NCBI GenBank assembly: GCA_041484665.1 | Contig: JBGPIA010000007.1 | Location: forward strand, 32,001-96,000 | Length of the DNA stretch: 64,000 nucleotides | Source of the DNA: Candidatus Krumholzibacteriia bacterium | GTDB taxonomy: Bacteria > Krumholzibacteriota > Krumholzibacteriia > JAJRXK01 | Reading direction: 5' to 3' | Part shown: one piece after another, positions 57,749 to 64,000 of the stretch | How positions within the stretch are numbered: the first letter of the stretch is position 1 | Layout: each line of letters opens with the position of its first letter | Program-made: the position numbers and the translations under genes | The notes under the pieces: generated by a model | Seen by the model: only the letters and a program-made list of their open reading frames with translations | Database searches by the model: none | What the model was told of the DNA's origin: nothing

Positions 57749-59476
57749 CTAGCGTTGCAGGGCCACGACGCGACCGCTGGCCCGGGCGATGTACGCCGTC
57801 ACCGAAGCGCTGAACCCGGACCCGCGGTCGACCTGGCACTCCACGGCGATGAAGGGCGCCTTGGCCGCATCCACAGAGCGCAGCACGTCCGCCGCCGCAC
57901 CCTGGCTAAGCGCAACGGTGGTCCACACCTGATCGAGCCACCCCGTGCCGGCGACGACGTGGCGGCCGGCAGTCACGGCCGCCACGCGGGCGTGGTAGCG
58001 GGGGTGCGTGCCGGGGAAGCTGCCGCGCTCCTCGCCCAGGTCGTGGAAGCCAACCGCCTGCCCGTCGCAGCTGAAGAAGTCCAGCGGCGCGAGGCGCTGA
58101 AAGTAGACGCGCGCGAGCTTGTCGCGACGTTCGGCCAGCGTGCGCGCCATGTAGGCAGCCGCACGCGGATCTTGATACCCGCCCTGCTGGCAGACGGCGC
58201 GCAGGTGCTCGTCGCCCAAGGCCGTGATGATCTTGGTCGCCCAGTAGGCATCGCGGTCGGTGGTATTCGCGAAGGCCGCGTTGGGCTGCAGGCCCTTGAA
58301 GCCGGCCGGGTCGTAGTAGTGGCTCTCGAAGTAGCCCACCTCCTGGAGCTCCGCAGGCCGCTGAATCTTCCGCCAGCCGGGCTCCGTCACCCCCACGGTG
58401 AGAGCGCGCGTCATGAGCGGGATGGGGTCGATGGTGTATTCGAAGCCGTAACGCGGAACCGGACCGAGCGCGCCGGCCCCCATCGTGCTGGCGAAGTCGA
58501 TCAGGTGGTGCTTGACGAAGTGCCGGCCGGCCTCCTCGACGTACATGTCGAGCGTGTTGCCCTGCTTGGCGTCGTAGTGGTTCAGCCAGGAGCAGAAGAT
58601 CTTCAGCCCGCGGATCTCGCGACGGTCCTCGTGGTCGACGCGGTCGTTGGCGTCATCATCGCGCCGCCCCTTCCAGTCGAAGGAGCCCACCGGCTTGCCC
58701 GGGAGGTACCGGCTCGCCAACGCCAGCCACGTCCCTTCCTTCGGCTGGTCGACGCGGCGCAGGATAAGGTCGAGATCGGCATCGGTCATGGGCCGCACGC
58801 GGCCATCGGGCTCCACGAATTTTACGCCCTCACCCAGCACGAGATCCGTGCGGCGGAAGAGCACCGCTTCATCCTCGGGCACATTGAAGCCCGCGGCGTG
58901 GAGCAGCTTGCCGCAGATCACGTCGACGGTGATGGTCATCCCCAGGCAACCCGGCGCATCGAACTTGATCACGTAGACGACGCCTTTGGCGTCGCGGATG
59001 TTGAACCCGGGTGTGACGCCCTCGGTCTTGGCCTTGATCACGGTCCATGGACCGCTACGGTCGGGGCCGCCACCCTCGCCCATTCCGCGCGCCACCTCCT
59101 CGGGCGTCATGGGGAACAGCCCGATGCGGTTGGTGAACCAGGTGGAATTGGGCACCTCGTCGAGCGCGTTCAGGTTCGCCGCAGGCAGCACCTGATCGCC
59201 GCCGAACAGCGTCCTCACGCGGCGCACGGCGCGGCCGGGGTGGGTCAAGCGGCCCAGCGGGCGCACGAATACTTCGTTGGGCCCGTCCCACAGCAGGTTG
59301 GGCTCGCGGGTGCGCGGCAGCGGGATGTCGCGCCGGTCGTCCTCGTACCAGATGACGGGCTCGTCCTGCAGCGGCTCGCCGGCGCGCGCGCGCGGGGCGG
59401 TGGCCAGACCGCCGGCGCACAGCCACGCCAGCAACACGACGGCGCGGTTAGCGGCTGGGAACCGGATCGCGGCCAT
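57749..59476 (-). CDS. Exported protein with protein-kinase-like (HipA/PI3K/CotH-like) motifs
   Basis: Signal peptide ending ARA-G; KTEGVTPG loop, YVIKFD, DVICGKLLHAAGFNVP, NHYDAKQGN, LIDFAS. Confidence 0.75.
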   Translation of the reverse strand: MAAIRFPAANRAVVLLAWLCAGGLATAPRARAGEPLQDEPVIWYEDDRRDIPLPRTREPNLLWDGPNEVFVRPLGRLTHPGRAVRRVRTLFGGDQVLPAANLNALDEVPNSTWFTNRIGLFPMTPEEVARGMGEGGGPDRSGPWTVIKAKTEGVTPGFNIRDAKGVVYVIKFDAPGCLGMTITVDVICGKLLHAAGFNVPEDEAVLFRRTDLVLGEGVKFVEPDGRVRPMTDADLDLILRRVDQPKEGTWLALASRYLPGKPVGSFDWKGRRDDDANDRVDHEDRREIRGLKIFCSWLNHYDAKQGNTLDMYVEEAGRHFVKHHLIDFASTMGAGALGPVPRYGFEYTIDPIPLMTRALTVGVTEPGWRKIQRPAELQEVGYFESHYYDPAGFKGLQPNAAFANTTDRDAYWATKIITALGDEHLRAVCQQGGYQDPRAAAYMARTLAERRDKLARVYFQRLAPLDFFSCDGQAVGFHDLGEERGSFPGTHPRYHARVAAVTAGRHVVAGTGWLDQVWTTVALSQGAAADVLRSVDAAKAPFIAVECQVDRGSGFSASVTAYIARASGRVVALQR

Positions 59477-61067
59477 AGAAGAGCCCACCCCTCATGTATT
59501 GGAAGATCTGGTCGGTGCGGAAGCGGAATACGGGGCCCTCGTTGCTGAAGGCCACCTCCGCCCGCGCGATGATCCCGCGACGCCCCACCAGGCGGAAGCC
59601 GCCGCCGAAGGAGGCGGTCATGGCATCCAGCGCAATCTGCTCCGTCCGCCCGAACACCTGCCCGAAGTCGGCCAGCAGGTACATATCCACGCCCTGGTTC
59701 TGCGGCGCGGCCACCGCGAACCACGGGAAGCGGTACTCCGCGGTGAGCGCCAGCATGCCCTTGTCGCGCCACCGGAAGTCGAGGTAGCCGCGGAATTGGT
59801 CCGGCTCGTAGTTGGTCACCAGACGCTGGAAGGGGATCTGGTCTCCCTGCGTGAGGTCGATCCAGGTGACGTATCCCCGTAGCGCGAGCGCACGCTGCGT
59901 GTACCACAACGGCAGGAACTGCTGCAGCTCCACCCGGTAGGTCAGGAATGAAACGTCCCGCCCGCCGGTTCCATCGAACCACGACACGCGAATGCGGCGC
60001 ACACCGCCGTCCTGCGGCCGCGCGGTGGTGCGGGCGTCCTCGTGCTCCAGCGAGAGCGAGAGGGTCACGCCGTCGGAGCGTTCCCGGTAGCCATACGGCG
60101 GCGTCCCCGCGAAGATCTGCTCGATACTGGGATCGAAGTTCTGGCCCGGACCACGGGTGCTGACGGTCGAGTACAGTCCCTCTGCCTGGAAGGCCAGACC
60201 CGGCGGCCCCAGTGCGCGCCGCCACTCCAGCCCGCTCCACGCCAGCTCGGTGGTGAAGAAGGACTTCTGCTCTTCACCGGCGCCGGGGCCGATTCCGTAG
60301 AAGCGCGTGTTGGGACGCATGCGGTAGCCTCCCGCCAGCGTCCACTGTGAGCTCGACCCCTCGCGCAGCAGCAGCGCGCCGCTGAGTTTGTGGATGCGGG
60401 CCGTGGTACCCTCGTAGCGCAGCTGGGCCTTGTTCGTCGGGCGCAAGACGTTGTTGTGATAGAGCGTGATCCCGCCACCCGTACCGGTCGCGCCCCCAGC
60501 GCGCGCGCTGAGCAGGAACCCGAATGTGAGGACCTTGGGCGAGAGGAGCTCGACCGCCCGTCCGATGACGTGCGTCTCGTCGAGATAGACGACCGTCGCG
60601 CCGACCCCATCGCTGACGAGCTTCAACGGGAACTTGACGACGTCGTATGGGTAGACGAGGGTCTTCTCCCACAGCGGCAGCGGCCGGTTGCGGAAGGGAC
60701 TGCGCAGGGAGTCCGCCGCGGCGGGGATCGTCCCCCACGCGCTGGCGCCGCTGCCCTCGCTTCGGTTGGGGCCTGGCGACCTCGGGATCGACACGGAGTG
60801 GATCGCCGCGACCGCCACTGGCGCAGCAGAAGAGTCTGCGGCCGCCGGCTCTGCGGCGAGAGAGCTTGCCGACGGCGGCGCGCTGGCGGCGACTGGAGGC
60901 TGCGCTGCGGCGAGCGCCCCCACCGCTGACAGTGCGAGCGCTGACGCCAGCGACACGGGCCAATGCGGCGGCGCCGCGAGCCCGAACGCCGACAGTGAGA
61001 ACCATGCGGATCGTGGGCGTTTCCAGGCCGGCCGACGCGAGCAGGACTCCATCACGCGCGACTCCAT
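59448..61067 (-). CDS. Omp85/BamA-TamA family outer-membrane beta-barrel lacking POTRA domains (start uncertain, could be 61052 or 60956)
   Basis: Amphipathic beta strands; FRGY loop-6 motif, ADFGQVF, SFGGGFR; signal peptide plus Ala/Pro/Ser linker. Confidence 0.82.
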   Translation of the reverse strand: MESRVMESCSRRPAWKRPRSAWFSLSAFGLAAPPHWPVSLASALALSAVGALAAAQPPVAASAPPSASSLAAEPAAADSSAAPVAVAAIHSVSIPRSPGPNRSEGSGASAWGTIPAAADSLRSPFRNRPLPLWEKTLVYPYDVVKFPLKLVSDGVGATVVYLDETHVIGRAVELLSPKVLTFGFLLSARAGGATGTGGGITLYHNNVLRPTNKAQLRYEGTTARIHKLSGALLLREGSSSQWTLAGGYRMRPNTRFYGIGPGAGEEQKSFFTTELAWSGLEWRRALGPPGLAFQAEGLYSTVSTRGPGQNFDPSIEQIFAGTPPYGYRERSDGVTLSLSLEHEDARTTARPQDGGVRRIRVSWFDGTGGRDVSFLTYRVELQQFLPLWYTQRALALRGYVTWIDLTQGDQIPFQRLVTNYEPDQFRGYLDFRWRDKGMLALTAEYRFPWFAVAAPQNQGVDMYLLADFGQVFGRTEQIALDAMTASFGGGFRLVGRRGIIARAEVAFSNEGPVFRFRTDQIFQYMRGGLFYGRDPVPSR

Positions 61068-62251
61068 CCGACAAGGCAGCGTTCCTGGTGGCGCTGGCGG
61101 TGTGCGCGCTCCTGCTCGCAGGGACGTGGCCCACGGGATCGCACCTGCCGGTGGCTCCCCTGGATCATCCCACGCTGGAGACGCGCGCCGCCTCCCTCGA
61201 GCCGGGGCCCGAGCACGGTTACCGATTCGTGGTGTTCGGGGACCAGCGGGCTCTCGCCGACCGGGAGTGGCCGACCCTGGTACGTCGCATCGGTGAGCTG
61301 GCCGCAGCGGACGGGCGCCTGCTGTTCATGGTGGACACGGGCGATATCGTAAACGACGGCAGGTACGCCGACCAGTTCCCCTTCGCAAGGAAGATCCTCG
61401 CGCCGGCGCGGGCGCTCCCCTACCTGGTGGGCGTCGGCAACCACGAGGTGTACAACAATCGCTCGGGGGTCGCACGGGACCAACTGTCGGCCTTCTTGCG
61501 CGCCCTGGATGCGGGCTTCGCGCCCGACCGCATGTACTACCGCAAGGACGTCGGGCCGCTGCGCCTGCTGTTCCTGGACAGCAACGACCTGGTCTACGGC
61601 CCCGGCGGCCGCGGACCGGCGCGCGAGGCGGCGCGCGCTGCGTCAGCGGCGAGCGAACGGGCGGACAGACCAGCGGACGGACCGGCAACCGGCCGGGAAA
61701 CCGCGCAACTGGACTGGCTGCAAACCCAGCTGGACGAGATCGCCGCGGGCCCATCCGCAACGGTCGTGGTCGTGATGCACCACCCGTTCGTGCAGTCCTC
61801 CCCCAAGCACAGCGAAGAGGCGGGGGCGCTGTGGAGCTACCGCTACCATGGCAAGACGCTGCCGGACCTGCTGCTGGATGGCGGCGTCGACGTGGTGCTC
61901 TGCGGCCACACCCACACCTACGAGCGCTTCCGGGTGCAGCGCCCAGATGGCCGTTCCCTCGTGGTCATCAACTTCTCCGGGCGGCCACGGAGCAGCTTCC
62001 TGTGGTTCGGCGCCGGGTCTCGCCGAGCGCGCGACATCCGCGGACACGAGCAACAATGGTTGGCGGCGCACGGCTGGCACGACCTCTCCGGCTGGCAGCT
62101 CGCCCAGGAGGATGCGATGACCGCGTCCGAGGCGGATCAGTTCGGAGTGTTCACCGTCGAGCCAGCGGGCGGGCTCCTGCTGGAGCTGTGCTATCTCGAG
62201 CCCGCCGCTCCTGGCGGAGTGCGGCGCGTCCCAGCCGTGCGGCTGCACTGA
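61004..62251 (+). CDS. Exported/anchored calcineurin-like metallophosphoesterase (purple-acid-phosphatase-like)
   Basis: FGDQR, GDIVNDG, GNHE, MHHP and GHTH metal-binding motifs after an N-terminal hydrophobic helix. Confidence 0.88.
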   Translation: MRIVGVSRPADASRTPSRATPSDKAAFLVALAVCALLLAGTWPTGSHLPVAPLDHPTLETRAASLEPGPEHGYRFVVFGDQRALADREWPTLVRRIGELAAADGRLLFMVDTGDIVNDGRYADQFPFARKILAPARALPYLVGVGNHEVYNNRSGVARDQLSAFLRALDAGFAPDRMYYRKDVGPLRLLFLDSNDLVYGPGGRGPAREAARAASAASERADRPADGPATGRETAQLDWLQTQLDEIAAGPSATVVVVMHHPFVQSSPKHSEEAGALWSYRYHGKTLPDLLLDGGVDVVLCGHTHTYERFRVQRPDGRSLVVINFSGRPRSSFLWFGAGSRRARDIRGHEQQWLAAHGWHDLSGWQLAQEDAMTASEADQFGVFTVEPAGGLLLELCYLEPAAPGGVRRVPAVRLH

Positions 62252-62371
62252 CGAGCGCGTCTGCCACTCGGCGCACGACTCCGCGCACCCGCTTCTCGCG
62301 GTGCTTGTGTCCCTTGTCTCCCCGCGGAGCATTCCCTATCCTGACGGCGTTGCCATCCCACATGGACCCCC

Positions 62372-63958
62372 ATGCTCCACCCGCAAGGTCGCTGCACCCT
62401 CGCGCGCTGCAAGAGCGAGTCCACAGCCGCTCCGCGCGCGCCACGGCGGCACCGGCACCCCAGCGGGCCGCCACGTGGTGCAGCGCTGCCGCTGCTGCTC
62501 GTGCTTTCTCTGTTGCCGGCGCTGCAGATGATATGGCCGCGGTGGGGCGGCGGGGCCTTTGCGCGCACGTTCACGGTGAGGCTGGATGGCACGGGCGGTG
62601 TGCCGACCTTCCAGGCCGCCATCGACTCCGCGGAGTCGGGCGACGAGATCGTCGTCGAACCGGGTACATACACCTGGGAGAATCAGGGTAGCGGCACCGG
62701 TCACGGCTTGATCGAGTTCCCACGGGACAAGATCGGGATGTGGGTGCATAGCGCCGGCGGTCCCGCGGTGACCATCCTCGATGCGCAGCACCGCGGGCGG
62801 GTGATGTTCATCAATGGCATAAACGATTCGACGTTGCGCGTGTCGCTCACGGTCGAGGGCTTCACGATCCGCAATGGCGTGGCCCCCACCGATCCCGAGG
62901 CGGGCTACGGCTGGGGGGGTGGTGTGTGGGGTCACCTCGCCGACAGCACGCTGCGCGATTGCATCTTCTTAGGCAACTCTGGTGTCAACGGCGGCGCAAT
63001 CTGGTGGGGCGGCGTGAGCGCGATCACGCTGGAGGATTGCGTATTCCGGGACAACCACGCCGAATTCGGCGGCGGCATGATGATCATCAACAGCTACAAG
63101 ACGGCCACGCTGCGTCGCTGTACGTTCACCGGCAACACTGCGAGCAACTACGGCGGCGGACTGTACTGCGTCCACGACGCGTTCGCGCTGTACGACTGCG
63201 TCTTCACCGGCAACCAGGCGATCTGGCTCGGCGGCGGACTCTGCTGTAACACCATCCGTCCTTCCACCGCGGGGAGATTGACCGTCGCTTGGAACTCTTC
63301 CGCCGATGGCAGCGGGATCTACGGGCGCACGCACCCCGATCTCGGGCTGACGAGCGATCTCACGATCGAGCGCGGGCTGATCGCCTTCAATTTCGGGGGC
63401 CCGGCGGTCACCCAGGACCCGCTGAGCCAGTTGACCCTTTCTTGTACCGACCTCTACGGAAACCGGGGAGGCGACTGGAAGGGTAGCATCGCCTCACAGG
63501 CGGGCCAGGCCGGCAACCTCTCCGTGGATCCGTTGTTCTGCCCGGGAGCCGGCGGCGATCCCGGTCTCTGCGCGGCATCGCCGTGCTTGCCACAGAACAA
63601 CGCCTGCGCGGCCACGCTCGGCGCGCGCGGCCAGGGCTGCGACGCATGCACGGCGGAGGTGGCGAACCAGCAGATCGTCCTGCATCCGAGCCTGCACAAC
63701 CCTTATCGCCCATTCTTCCACTCCGGGGCGTTGTTGCCGTTCAGCCTGGCCCAGCCGGGGTTCGTGGAGCTGCGGGCGTTCGACCTGCGCGGGCGTTCGC
63801 TGCGAACCATCCTTGCCGCAGCGCAGGAGGCGGGCGACCACCTCGCCGTGTGGGACGGCCGCGACGCCGATGGGCGCTTCGTGCCCTCGGGCGTGTACGT
63901 CCTGCGGTTGCAGACGGGTGGCCTGCAACAGACCCAGAAGCTCGTGATCGTCCGCTGA
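62372..63958 (+). CDS. Exported right-handed beta-helix repeat protein with C-terminal FlgD-Ig-like domain (start uncertain)
   Basis: FQAAID, FxGN..GGG repeats, GNLSVDPLFC, C-terminal WDGRDADGRFVPSGVYVLRL. Confidence 0.85.
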   Translation: MLHPQGRCTLARCKSESTAAPRAPRRHRHPSGPPRGAALPLLLVLSLLPALQMIWPRWGGGAFARTFTVRLDGTGGVPTFQAAIDSAESGDEIVVEPGTYTWENQGSGTGHGLIEFPRDKIGMWVHSAGGPAVTILDAQHRGRVMFINGINDSTLRVSLTVEGFTIRNGVAPTDPEAGYGWGGGVWGHLADSTLRDCIFLGNSGVNGGAIWWGGVSAITLEDCVFRDNHAEFGGGMMIINSYKTATLRRCTFTGNTASNYGGGLYCVHDAFALYDCVFTGNQAIWLGGGLCCNTIRPSTAGRLTVAWNSSADGSGIYGRTHPDLGLTSDLTIERGLIAFNFGGPAVTQDPLSQLTLSCTDLYGNRGGDWKGSIASQAGQAGNLSVDPLFCPGAGGDPGLCAASPCLPQNNACAATLGARGQGCDACTAEVANQQIVLHPSLHNPYRPFFHSGALLPFSLAQPGFVELRAFDLRGRSLRTILAAAQEAGDHLAVWDGRDADGRFVPSGVYVLRLQTGGLQQTQKLVIVR

Positions 63959-64000
63959 AGACGGGCGGGCCGACCGCGCGGCGCCCTGCCGCCCGCCCGA

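Noticed and set aside
57749..59476. HipA toxin of a toxin-antitoxin pair
   Set aside because: It has a signal peptide, no adjacent HTH antitoxin, and an envelope gene context.

Overview
High-GC bacterial chromosomal window with about 44 supportable CDSs. I found no rRNA, tRNA, CRISPR array or intact mobile element. The C-terminal FlgD-Ig beta-helix protein and the overall gene content suggest an Eisenbacteria/Latescibacteria/Krumholzibacteria-like diderm, which is a low-confidence inference. Housekeeping and envelope genes include an HAD-ECH beta-oxidation fusion, alpha-2-macroglobulin, transketolase, MscS, a squalene/phytoene synthase, two AsnB paralogs, RlmD-like methyltransferase, GH92, a MacAB-like ABC system, a two-component system, split archaeal-type topoisomerase VI genes and a TPP II-like subtilase. 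The best candidate for an undescribed system is at 56.3-62.3 kb. It is an operon encoding a POTRA-less Omp85 barrel, an exported protein with protein-kinase-like catalytic motifs and an Npt1/Tlc-type nucleotide translocase, next to a divergent exported metallophosphoesterase. These parts would fit an ATP-fed extracytoplasmic phosphorylation/dephosphorylation module. All calls come from motif recognition by eye. No database searches were run, and many start codons are best guesses.
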